Shown here: in pieces, positions 31,150 through 42,740 of the stretch
Layout: every line of letters begins with the position of its first letter
Numbering within the stretch: the first letter of the stretch is position 1
Origin: Planctomycetota bacterium
GTDB lineage: Bacteria > Planctomycetota > Planctomycetia > Pirellulales > UBA1268
Length of the DNA stretch: 52,357 bases
Reading direction: 5' to 3'
Assembly (NCBI GenBank): GCA_037129495.1
Contig: JBAXUW010000003.1
Location: forward strand, 1-52,357
The notes under the pieces: generated by a model
What the model saw: the letters and a program-made list of their open reading frames with translations, nothing else
Database searches by the model: none
What the model was told of the DNA's origin: nothing
Program-made: the position numbers and the translations under genes

Positions 31150-33870
31150 TCACGGGCTGGGGAGTTCGAGACTGGCGTCGAGCACCTTCCGAATCCGGCC
31201 CTGCATTTCTCCCAGATGTGCCCGCGAATAATCGTCGAGCTTCACATCGTTCTTGGCCAGCAGTGTACCGATCCGGCCCTCGAGTGACCGCAACTGGGCC
31301 GCCGCGATCGCCTGAGCGTCGGGAGACCCACCGGCGGAGCCGATGGTCAGGGCAGATAGCCGTGAGACATAGAGCCGCTGCAGGCCGCGCCGGAGGCTGC
31401 CCACCGCCGGCTTGCGAACGGTGTAGTCGCCGGGACCGGTCGCATCGACCTCTGTCATAATCGACTTCGTGAGCCGATCGAGTAGCTCAGCCGTGGTGAA
31501 GGCGTCTTGGTCGGCGGGCACCTTCAGCTCGCTGTCGCGGATCCGCTCGAGCGTGAGCGGATTGAGTAACCGGCCGAGCACGCGGCCCTGCCACATGAGG
31601 ATCACATCGTGGATGGGATAGTCTTCCCGGTCGGGTGGATGACTGCCCCAGTGCATCCAGTTGGTGGCAACGAGCTGGTTGTAGAGCTCGGCCGAAAACG
31701 AAAAGGGCTGAGCGCTAAACATCTGTCGCTCAAGCAGCGCGAGCGCATCCCGCTGCTTCTGCGGCTCGACCACCTTGAAGGGCGCGGGGGCGCTGGCATC
31801 CCCCTTGTGGCTCCGCGATGTATAGAGGCCGCCAACGAGCCGCGAGGCCGTATACATTGACTGCCCGTGGGCTGACAGCAAGACGCCAAACGCCTGCCGC
31901 ACCCGCTCATAGCTCTGGTCCTTCGCCGTCAGGCGATCGGCGATCAGCGGCATCACCTGTGCCACCAGTTCGGCACGGCTCCGGGCGAATTCCAGCGGGT
32001 CATTGCCGAGATCAAACCGGTTGGAGAGCGGGTCGGGGTCGCCAAACTCGGTTTCCTCGTCGGTGGCGTAAGCGAGCACTGCCTCGCCGCTACGGGTCGC
32101 GATCTTCTCAAGTTCCGGGAGTTCTCCCTCCGGAGTACCGGCAGTGATCGGCTTGTACCCATACTCGATCGCCCACATGTCGTAGGGGCCGAGCTTTGCG
32201 GTGTAGTAGTCGCCCTGTGTCTTACCTTTCGGCACGATGTTGACCGGGATGTAGTCCATCACGCTCGTGCTCGCCCCCGACTGCGCGGTCTTGGTGACAT
32301 CATTGATATCAGCCAGCGACTTGAAGGCGCTGCCCTTGAAGTTGTGCCGCAGGCCGAGTGTATGGCCCACCTCGTGCATTGCCACAAGCTTGAGGCCTTG
32401 CATCACGAGCTTCTCCTTGTTGTCATCCGAGAGCCCGCCCTCGGCAGCGGCCGCCAGCGCCGTGGCCGCCAGGGCAGTCTCGCGGGCATGGCCGTCGAAG
32501 AGCGCGCAGGCGCCGCAGGAATGAGCCCCACCGTGGCCGTGACGCGCGCTCCCACGGGGTTCGCCCCCGGTCATTCGGGCCACGCTCTGCGGGGTAAACG
32601 TCTCGTATTCTGTCCGCCAAAATCGCAGAAAGTCGCCGTCGAAGATGATGTCTGCATCGAGAATCTGACCCGTCCGCGGGTTCACGCGGGAGGGACCCAT
32701 GGCGAAGCTTGCGCCTGCAGTGATCCAGCGAAACGTATTGTAGTTGACGTCTTCGGGATCCCAGTCGGTTACGTCCGGTTGCTGGCGGACCTCGATGGCG
32801 GTGGCGAAGCCGGCCTTCTCGAAGGCCTCGTTCCAGGCCTCGATCCCCGCGCGGATCGGCTGCCGATACTTAAACGGCACCGTCTTTTCGATCCAAAACA
32901 CGATCGGCTTCTTGGGCGGCGATATGGCCGCCGTGGGGTCGGACTTCTCGAGGTTCCAGCGATTGATGAAACGGACAAACCGGTCTTCATCCACGTTCTG
33001 CGAGAAGTCTTTGAGGGCAGTCACGAAGTAACCGACACGGTTATCGGCCAGCCGCGGCTTGTAGCTATTTTGCGGCAGCAGGCTCAGCGAATAGTGAATC
33101 ATCATCGTGGCCCCCCGCGAATCGGGTACTGTGTCGATGTCCTGCGTGCCGCTCGAGCCGTAGGTTGCGGCCACCTCAAGCTCCACGTTGTCTGGAAAAC
33201 CCTTGACGCGGGCCCAGGTCGATCGGTCGCGGGCAAATGAAAACCCGGGCAGCACCGTAGAAATCTGGGGTAGGTCGGTGAAGAAGATCGGCGCGAGGTC
33301 GATGACGTAGCCACCGGAGGGGCCGGTCGTTGCGATCGGCACGCTGAAAAGCACGCTGTCGGTGTAGGCAAGATCGACCGCCTTCTCCTCGGGGCTCCCC
33401 TTGTCGGCGAAGAATCGGACGTTCTTGCGGACAATTTGTATGTTGTCGTCGACCTTGCGAAACTGCCAGACCCAATCATCGCCGAAACCGAGGCTCATGC
33501 CGCCAAGCAGGAAGCGGTCACCGATCCCGCGGGCGATTGAGATCAGCACAAAAAATTCCTTGCCGAGCAGGGCGTCGGTGAGTTCCGCATAGACCTTGTC
33601 GTCCTTCCGCCAGAGCGGAATCAGGCCATTGATCTTGGTGGCGTCTTTGAGCAAGACGGCAAAGGCTGGTTTGCCGCCCTTGGATTCGGCCTTGGATTCG
33701 GCCTTGGACTCGGCTGGGGCGGCATCCTTAGCGGGGGCGGGCGACGTGGGCGCGGGCGCATCGGCAGTTGGTTCTTGGGCCGCGACCATGCCTGTTGTTA
33801 GAAGGGTCATCATGGTCATCATGGTCATCAGCAGAAATACAGCCACCACCATCGTCCGCCAGTTGTTCAT
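31150..33870 (-). CDS. Secreted zinc-dependent metalloprotease (DUF5117/DUF5118/DUF4953-type)
   Basis: HEVGHTLGLRHNF zincin motif with SVMDY Met-turn, PRLADNRVGYF, YDMWAIEYGY, signal peptide. Confidence 0.9.
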   Translation of the reverse strand: MNNWRTMVVAVFLLMTMMTMMTLLTTGMVAAQEPTADAPAPTSPAPAKDAAPAESKAESKAESKGGKPAFAVLLKDATKINGLIPLWRKDDKVYAELTDALLGKEFFVLISIARGIGDRFLLGGMSLGFGDDWVWQFRKVDDNIQIVRKNVRFFADKGSPEEKAVDLAYTDSVLFSVPIATTGPSGGYVIDLAPIFFTDLPQISTVLPGFSFARDRSTWARVKGFPDNVELEVAATYGSSGTQDIDTVPDSRGATMMIHYSLSLLPQNSYKPRLADNRVGYFVTALKDFSQNVDEDRFVRFINRWNLEKSDPTAAISPPKKPIVFWIEKTVPFKYRQPIRAGIEAWNEAFEKAGFATAIEVRQQPDVTDWDPEDVNYNTFRWITAGASFAMGPSRVNPRTGQILDADIIFDGDFLRFWRTEYETFTPQSVARMTGGEPRGSARHGHGGAHSCGACALFDGHARETALAATALAAAAEGGLSDDNKEKLVMQGLKLVAMHEVGHTLGLRHNFKGSAFKSLADINDVTKTAQSGASTSVMDYIPVNIVPKGKTQGDYYTAKLGPYDMWAIEYGYKPITAGTPEGELPELEKIATRSGEAVLAYATDEETEFGDPDPLSNRFDLGNDPLEFARSRAELVAQVMPLIADRLTAKDQSYERVRQAFGVLLSAHGQSMYTASRLVGGLYTSRSHKGDASAPAPFKVVEPQKQRDALALLERQMFSAQPFSFSAELYNQLVATNWMHWGSHPPDREDYPIHDVILMWQGRVLGRLLNPLTLERIRDSELKVPADQDAFTTAELLDRLTKSIMTEVDATGPGDYTVRKPAVGSLRRGLQRLYVSRLSALTIGSAGGSPDAQAIAAAQLRSLEGRIGTLLAKNDVKLDDYSRAHLGEMQGRIRKVLDASLELPSP
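33679..33714 (-). repeat. 12-bp in-frame tandem repeat x3 (AESK)
   Basis: CTTGGATTCGGC, CTTGGATTCGGC, CTTGGACTCGGC. Confidence 0.8.
33805..33830 (-). repeat. 9-bp tandem repeat x3 in the signal-peptide coding region (MMT)
   Basis: GGTCATCAT twice plus GGTCATCA. Confidence 0.8.
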
Positions 33871-33991
33871 CGCGCGTGCACTCCTGAAAGCGTTTCCCGG
33901 CCGTCGTTGACCGAGCCTTTTAAGGATATCATCGCCGCCCCCGGCCGACCAATTCTGGGCTCCTATCTTGCGTTCTGGGCACTGTTCGCCC

Positions 33992-34025
33992 GTGGGATAA
34001 GTTTTCTAACTTGTCCAATCCGTGC
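33992..34025 (+). repeat. REP-like motif, 34-bp direct repeat copy A
   Basis: GTGGGATAAGTTTTCTAACTTGTCCAATCCGTGC, identical to 34177-34210. Confidence 0.9.
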
Positions 34026-34050
34026 TGCTGCCCCCTTCCGGCACTGCGCC

Positions 34051-34164
34051 GCCGGGCCGGCAGAAGTCTCCTTCGCGGGGACTTTCGCCGTGGGTCTTGT
34101 TGGTTGTCCAGACCTTGGCAGGGCGAAATTCCTACGCTCGTCGAGCTTCAGCCGCTCCCGGCTC
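34051..34164 (+). repeat. 114-bp REP-associated module, copy 1
   Basis: Colinear and gap-free with 47846-47959; 100/114 identical by manual count. Confidence 0.9.
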
Positions 34165-34176
34165 CAGCTGTCTTTT

Positions 34177-34210
34177 GTGGGATAAGTTTTCTAACTTGTC
34201 CAATCCGTGC
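34177..34210 (+). repeat. REP-like motif, 34-bp direct repeat copy B
   Basis: Identical to 33992-34025. Confidence 0.9.
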
Positions 34211-34262
34211 CGCTACCCAATCCCGACTCCGTCTCTCGTGAGGAGACGAAGGAACTCTGCTC

Positions 34263-35363
34263 ATGCTCTCCCCTGACCCGCTCGTCATGCTCTGTCGCCG
34301 GTGGTGTGCCGAAGCGCCGGTTGAGATTCAGCCGCTGGGCATCCCCGGCTTTAGCGGGTCGCAGGTCTTTCGAATCGAGCGTTGCGATACCGGGGAGCAG
34401 TTTGTACTCAAGAGTTTCCCTGCCAGCGCGTCGGTTGAGCACGCTCTCTGGGTTCACCACCTGGTTCGACACCTACGCGCTGAAGGGATGCGCGAGGTGC
34501 CGGAGGTGATGGACCCGCTCGTGGGCGACACCGTCGTGGCCGATGCCAGCGGTGGGCTCTGGGAGTTGACCCGCCTGATGCCCGGCGTGGCAGTACCCCG
34601 CCCCACGCCGTTGCAGGCGGCCGCGGCGGCGGCGCGGCTGGCGCGATTCCATCTCGCCGCCTCCCGACTGCCTGCTGACCCATCGTGCGAAGGTTTTTCG
34701 CCGGGACTCAAGCGACGCATCGCCCAGGCCCGCGATCTTCGTGACCTGCCGTGGCGAGTGCGGCGAGGGAGGCTGTCGCGGACGTCTGATTCGCGCTTCC
34801 ACGAACAGTTCACGGCGGCGTTGACCGCCCGATTCGATGCCGCGATCGAGATCTTCGCTGCCGCTGGCGGCCCAGCGCTGATTGCCAATTTCGCCACCAT
34901 GAATCCGGTCTGCTCAGTCCTGCAGGCGGTGCTCCGTGATGTCTGGTGCGATCATGTCTTGTTTGCCGATTACGATGCGGCCGACGTGACTGCGATCATC
35001 GATCTGCACGCGGCGGGTGTCGACACGCCAGCTACCGACCTCGCCCGGCTCCTGGGCAGCTGGGCAGCCCCGGCGGGCCGGGAACAGCTCACGCTCTTCG
35101 ACCGGTGGCCGGAGGCGATCGTGGCCTACACTCAGATCCGGCCGCTCTCCGCCGAGGAACGCGGTCTGATACCGTTGCTCCACACCACTGGTGTCATCCT
35201 CGGTCTCGACAACTGGTTTCGCTGGACGCTCGAGGAACGTCGTGAATTTTCTGACGCCAGCCGGGTGCTGGCGCGGATCGACAGTCTGTTGCAGGAGTTG
35301 CAGCCGGCCGTCGCAAGCCTCTCGGCAGGAGCGAAGATGATCGGACTGAAGAATGTCGATTGA
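34263..35363 (+). CDS. Phosphotransferase (APH / type II homoserine kinase-like fold)
   Basis: GFSGSQVFRI, FVLK, WELTRLMPG, catalytic-loop-like LRDVWCDHVLF, AIIDL, DLARLLGSW. Confidence 0.75.
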   Translation: MLSPDPLVMLCRRWCAEAPVEIQPLGIPGFSGSQVFRIERCDTGEQFVLKSFPASASVEHALWVHHLVRHLRAEGMREVPEVMDPLVGDTVVADASGGLWELTRLMPGVAVPRPTPLQAAAAAARLARFHLAASRLPADPSCEGFSPGLKRRIAQARDLRDLPWRVRRGRLSRTSDSRFHEQFTAALTARFDAAIEIFAAAGGPALIANFATMNPVCSVLQAVLRDVWCDHVLFADYDAADVTAIIDLHAAGVDTPATDLARLLGSWAAPAGREQLTLFDRWPEAIVAYTQIRPLSAEERGLIPLLHTTGVILGLDNWFRWTLEERREFSDASRVLARIDSLLQELQPAVASLSAGAKMIGLKNVD

Positions 35364-35389
35364 CCATTTGAAATTGCAGCCTGTAAAAT
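35360..35389 (+). promoter_or_regulatory. Probable sigma-70-type promoter for dsbD
   Basis: TTGACC-N18-TAAAAT, about 90 nt upstream of the start. Confidence 0.5.
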
Positions 35390-35478
35390 AAGAGTCCGAC
35401 AGAGAGATTGCAGTTACGGTCGCCCCACGGTGGCTCAGGCAGCTGTGTTCCGGTAGAGCTTGGGTTTCATGACGTCGA

Positions 35479-37446
35479 ATGGAAAGCATGCGCATTATTT
35501 TCCGTCTGCCCAAGATCTGCCGCCTGTGCACTCTGCTGGTAACAGCAGCGGTGTGGATATGTGCAGCGCCGGTCCAGGCAGCGCCAGTCAAGAAAGATGC
35601 AGCCCAGGCGGCCCCCTTTGGTCTGCTGGTTGACCCGCTGGCGTCTATCAACGCTGGCCTTGGGGGCCCCGCCCAGGTTGCGGCTCGGATCGAGCCTGGT
35701 CAAGACGGCGACCGGCTGATCGTAACAGCCACGCTCGAGGACGGCTGGCACCTCTATTCCCTGGAGCAGAAGCCCGGCGGCCCCCAAGCCACCCGGATCG
35801 CGCTTGCGGCCGACGCTCCGCAGAGGTTGGCCGGACCATTCCAGCCGGACGAACCGCCTCACAAACGAACGGTCAAGGACGTGCCGGGCTGGAACGGTCT
35901 CGTAGTTGAGGAGCATGCCGGCACCGTGATTTGGCGGGCACCGCTCGCCCCGAACCCTGACGGCAAGGCTGCGGCGGTCCAGGGCACGGTGAGCCTGCAG
36001 CTTTGCCGGGATAACGCCTGCACTCCGCCGGAGACGATTCCCTTTACGGCCAGCCGTGCCACTCCGTCAGCAGCCATCCCAGTGGCGGCCGCCAACCCCG
36101 CTGTCTCTGCCCTGGCGTCGCCGCCTGTGACTGCGGCCCCAGCTTCCAGTGCGGGCGCAAATGTGCCGGTGTCGCTGGCCGCCGCCTTGCTGATGGGCTT
36201 GGTAGGTGGCCTGATCCTCAACTTGATGCCGTGCGTGCTGCCCGTGCTCGGTCTCAAACTGATGTCGTTTGCCCAGCAGTCGGGTAAGGCCCGACAGGAA
36301 ATCTTCCGGCTGAACCTCTGGTATTGCGCTGGCCTCTATGCCGTGTTTTTCGTGCTGGCCACTGCCAGCGTGGCGGCGAATCTTGGCCTCGCGGGCTCAA
36401 ACCTCGCCTGGGGCGAGCAGTTCACCTCGTCAGGCTTCAACATCGCGATGGCGGCGATCGTATTTGCGTTTGCGCTGTCGTTCTTGGGCGTCTGGGAATT
36501 GCCAATCCCCGGCTTCATTGGTGAGAAGGCCGGCAGCGTGCAGTCGCAGGAAGGGCCGACCGCATCATTTTTGAAGGGCGTCCTCAGTACCGTGCTCGCC
36601 ACGCCTTGCAGCGGACCATTCCTTGGGCCTGTCTTTGGCTTCACGCTCTCGCAGTCGACGGGTGTGACCTATGCCGTCTTCGCCGCGATCGCCACTGGCA
36701 TGGCGCTGCCCTACTTGCTCGTGGGCCTGTTTCCAGGACTCATCAAATTTCTGCCGAAGCCGGGCGCCTGGATGGAAACACTGAAGGAGGTGCTCGGCTT
36801 CGTGATGCTGGGCACGGTCGTGTTTCTCTTTACCTTCCTCCAACACGACTGGTTCGTGCCAACCTTTGCGCTCTTGATTGGCATTTGGGCCGCCTGTTGG
36901 TGGATCGGCCGGGCGCAGGAGGCACAGGGCGGGTCGATCGCCCTCGGTCGCTGGCTGCAGGCCGGCGGCATCGTGGCTACGGTAGGCACGCTGGCCTTCA
37001 TGTTTCTGGGGCCGGTAACGTCGGTGATCCCGTGGGAGCCGTTCTCACGGGAGCGGCTCGCCGACCTCCGGCAGAAGGGTGCGACGGTACTCGTCGACTT
37101 CTCGGCCGACTGGTGTATGACCTGCAAATACAACCTGGCCACGGCGATCGAAACATCGAAAGTGAAGGCCGAGCTCGAACGTAACAAGGTTGTGCCGCTG
37201 CTGGCCGATTGGACGAATGGTTCGCCTGAGATCAAGCTCATGCTTGAGAGCCTGCAGAGCAAGTCAATTCCCGTGCTGGCGATCTTTCCGCCGGCTCCTG
37301 TGGGAGATCGGCCGCCGGAGCCGATCGTGTTGCGTGACCTGATCACCGAGAAGCAGGTGCTTTCTGCGATCCGCGAGGCTGGGCCTTCGCGGGCCGCCCC
37401 AGCAGAGATCCGCGCGGCAGCAAAGCCCTTTTCCGCCGGCCACTGA
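35479..37446 (+). CDS. dsbD: Thiol:disulfide interchange protein, DsbD family
   Basis: N-terminal domain with GWHLYS and CRDNAC; TM domain cysteines in LNLMPCVLPVL and ATPCSGPF; C-terminal thioredoxin with DFSADWCMTCKYN. Confidence 0.88.
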   Translation: MESMRIIFRLPKICRLCTLLVTAAVWICAAPVQAAPVKKDAAQAAPFGLLVDPLASINAGLGGPAQVAARIEPGQDGDRLIVTATLEDGWHLYSLEQKPGGPQATRIALAADAPQRLAGPFQPDEPPHKRTVKDVPGWNGLVVEEHAGTVIWRAPLAPNPDGKAAAVQGTVSLQLCRDNACTPPETIPFTASRATPSAAIPVAAANPAVSALASPPVTAAPASSAGANVPVSLAAALLMGLVGGLILNLMPCVLPVLGLKLMSFAQQSGKARQEIFRLNLWYCAGLYAVFFVLATASVAANLGLAGSNLAWGEQFTSSGFNIAMAAIVFAFALSFLGVWELPIPGFIGEKAGSVQSQEGPTASFLKGVLSTVLATPCSGPFLGPVFGFTLSQSTGVTYAVFAAIATGMALPYLLVGLFPGLIKFLPKPGAWMETLKEVLGFVMLGTVVFLFTFLQHDWFVPTFALLIGIWAACWWIGRAQEAQGGSIALGRWLQAGGIVATVGTLAFMFLGPVTSVIPWEPFSRERLADLRQKGATVLVDFSADWCMTCKYNLATAIETSKVKAELERNKVVPLLADWTNGSPEIKLMLESLQSKSIPVLAIFPPAPVGDRPPEPIVLRDLITEKQVLSAIREAGPSRAAPAEIRAAAKPFSAGH

Positions 37447-37449
37447 GGC

Positions 37450-37466
37450 TCAGCCGCTCCCGGCTC
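37450..37466 (+). repeat. Fragment of the 114-bp module (3' end)
   Basis: TCAGCCGCTCCCGGCTC is identical to 34148-34164. Lies in the convergent dsbD/purM gap. Confidence 0.6.
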
Positions 37467-37497
37467 TTCCGTTGCGGCAAGTCGGCAAAACCACCAG

Positions 37498-38568
<1,071 letters not shown>

Positions 38569-38675
38569 GCCCGGTATCTTCGCCGCCACGCGCCAGCTCG
38601 CAAGCCCGCCCTGCCGTCCTGCGGCGATCGGGCAACAGGGCGGCCGCCGGCAGCGGGAATGGTATGCTAGGAGGC

Positions 38676-40928
<2,253 letters not shown>

Positions 40929-40984
40929 GCGGTATGCTGGGAGGCAGCGGCTTGAAACCACTCGTCCTGCATAGGAGATTTGTG

Positions 40985-41563
40985 ATGGCGATGGCATTTT
41001 CTCGTAACCGGGGCCTGATTTGCGCCTCGTCGGCGGTCATCCAGACGGCCAGACTCGGCGCGGTTTCGCTCGCCTTTCTACCGGGCTGCAGTCCCGCTCC
41101 GACGCCCCCGGCGGTTGTCAAGCCAGTGGCAGTTCAGGTTGATCACGACCATGATCACGGCAGGCCCAGCGACAACGACCACGATGACCACCATGACCAC
41201 GATGACCACGATCATGCCCACCCCGAGACGCTTGCCGCTGCCGTGACTGACTTAGAGTTGCTGTGGGGCCACGTGAAGGGGTCGCTGCAATCCGGCGACC
41301 GCGAAAAGGCGGATGACAAGGTGCACATGGTCGGCCACCTACTAGAAGACTTTGAAAGCCTGCTCGCTCAGGAGTCGAAGGCCGTGGAGGAAGCGGGCAA
41401 GCAGGCGGTTGGGGAGGTCTTTGACTGCTTTGACTCGATCGATGTCGCTCTGCATGCCGATGAGAATGATGCCAAGAGTAAGATCAACCTCGACAAACTG
41501 TCCCCAAGGCTCGAGGCGGCCATCAAGACGCTCAAGGATCTCGTTTCGGGAGAGGCAAAGTAG
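40985..41563 (+). CDS. His/Asp-rich putative lipoprotein
   Basis: Lipobox-like FLPGC; tract DHDHDHGRPSDNDHDDHHDHDDHDHAH; helical C-terminus with VHMVGHLLE and LHAD. AGGAG upstream. Confidence 0.65.
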   Translation: MAMAFSRNRGLICASSAVIQTARLGAVSLAFLPGCSPAPTPPAVVKPVAVQVDHDHDHGRPSDNDHDDHHDHDDHDHAHPETLAAAVTDLELLWGHVKGSLQSGDREKADDKVHMVGHLLEDFESLLAQESKAVEEAGKQAVGEVFDCFDSIDVALHADENDAKSKINLDKLSPRLEAAIKTLKDLVSGEAK

Positions 41564-41570
41564 CAGATGG

Positions 41571-41586
41571 TGGCACGCTGGTTGCA
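41571..41586 (+). promoter_or_regulatory. Sigma-54 (-24/-12) promoter
   Basis: TGGCACGCTGGTTGCA is an exact GG-N10-GC consensus, intergenic, 44 nt before ATG 41630. Confidence 0.8.
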
Positions 41587-41629
41587 GTGAGGCGAACGTA
41601 CTTCAAGGACTCAATCAACGAGGATATTC

Positions 41630-42184
41630 ATGCTGGCGATCGAGTGGTTGAAACGGGTGGCAGGTGGTCTCATCCTGGGTTTGATTGTGGTCCTGACATT
41701 CGTGCCGGCCACGCCCTGTCTGGGGCTCGAGATCGACCCGGCTGCAGCTCGGGGACAACTCATGCTGCAGGCCGAGCCTGAGGGGGCGATCACGCCTACA
41801 GCAGCCAAGGCAAAGCTCACCAAAGAGCCGCAGCTGGTGGTGATTGCGGGCCGCGTGGGCGCCCGGGGAATGGACCCGTTTCTGGAAGACAGGGCGTCAT
41901 TTGTACTCGTCGAGATCCCCCAAGACGACCATGCCAAGAAGCCAGGGCACGACAACGACAACTGCCCATTCTGTAAAAAGCGGCAGGCCAACGCGCCGAT
42001 GACGGCCGTGCAGTTTCTGGGGGCCGACGGCAAGGTGATCGGTGTCGACTCCCGCAAGCTCTTCAATCTGCAAAAGGGTGCGGATGTCGTGGTGAAGGGT
42101 CAGGGCGTCTTCGACCCGAAACTGGCGATCCCTGTGATCCAGCTCACCGCCGAGAGCATCTTCGTTCGCCCACCCGCCAAGTAG
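41630..42184 (+). CDS. Secreted hypothetical protein with His/CxxC loop (possibly OB-fold-like)
   Basis: Signal peptide; DDHAKKPGHDNDNCPFCKK; beta-rich pattern (VVIAGRVG, VVVKGQG). GAGGA RBS. Confidence 0.7.
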   Translation: MLAIEWLKRVAGGLILGLIVVLTFVPATPCLGLEIDPAAARGQLMLQAEPEGAITPTAAKAKLTKEPQLVVIAGRVGARGMDPFLEDRASFVLVEIPQDDHAKKPGHDNDNCPFCKKRQANAPMTAVQFLGADGKVIGVDSRKLFNLQKGADVVVKGQGVFDPKLAIPVIQLTAESIFVRPPAK

Positions 42185-42199
42185 CCGGTGGCTTTTTGT

Positions 42200-42676
42200 A
42201 TGAACGCTGCCTTTAAGGAGTGGGCGGTAATCTGCCGGGCGCTGGCGCAGGGGCGGCAGCGGGTGATCCTGCGAAAGGGCGGCATTGTGGAGCCAGGCGG
42301 TGCATTCCGCGTCGAGCACCACGAGTTTTTTCTGCTGCCGACATTCCTGCACCAGTCGTCGGAGAGTCTCATCCCCGAGGCCCGCGACCTGCTGGTCGAT
42401 ATCGATGCCGACCGGCCACCGGAGGGCACGGTCGTGTTGCGGCATCGAGTCAGCGTGAGGAGCGCCGTGCGGATTCTCTCGCTCGTCGACCTGGCCCAGT
42501 TCCGGCCTGAGCATGTCTGGGCAGACGCCGTGGTGGCAGAACGCTTCCACCGCTGGCAGAACGAACTGTACGTGCTCTGGGTCGAGGTGGTAGCCCTGCC
42601 CGAACCCCTCAGCCTGCCGTGGCACGATTCTTATGGCGGCTGCAAGTCGTGGGTCGACCTCGTCCCATCAGTCTGA
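42200..42676 (+). CDS. DUF1802 family protein
   Basis: AFKEWAVICRALAQGRQRVILRKGGI, FFLLPTFLHQ, YGGCKSWVDL. Confidence 0.85.
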   Translation: MNAAFKEWAVICRALAQGRQRVILRKGGIVEPGGAFRVEHHEFFLLPTFLHQSSESLIPEARDLLVDIDADRPPEGTVVLRHRVSVRSAVRILSLVDLAQFRPEHVWADAVVAERFHRWQNELYVLWVEVVALPEPLSLPWHDSYGGCKSWVDLVPSV

Positions 42677-42704
42677 CCCGGTTTGAGAGCTCATCTTCTC
42701 CCCC

Positions 42705-42728
42705 GTGGGATAAGTTTTCCAACTTGTC
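42705..42728 (+). repeat. REP-like motif
   Basis: GTGGGATAAGTTTTCCAACTTGTC, in the convergent DUF1802/kdgK gap. Confidence 0.85.
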
Positions 42729-42740
42729 TCAGCCGGCTTG

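Noticed and set aside
34051-34164. Group II intron domain V/VI or RNase P fragment (minus strand begins GAGCCG; contains GAAAGTCC)
   Set aside because: The short motifs are not followed by the domain V stem and catalytic bulge, or by RNase P conserved regions. An Rfam search would settle it.
33992-34210. CRISPR array (two identical 34-bp repeats)
   Set aside because: Only two repeats, a 151-bp 'spacer' that itself recurs at 47.8 kb, no cas genes, and the repeat is dispersed through the window.
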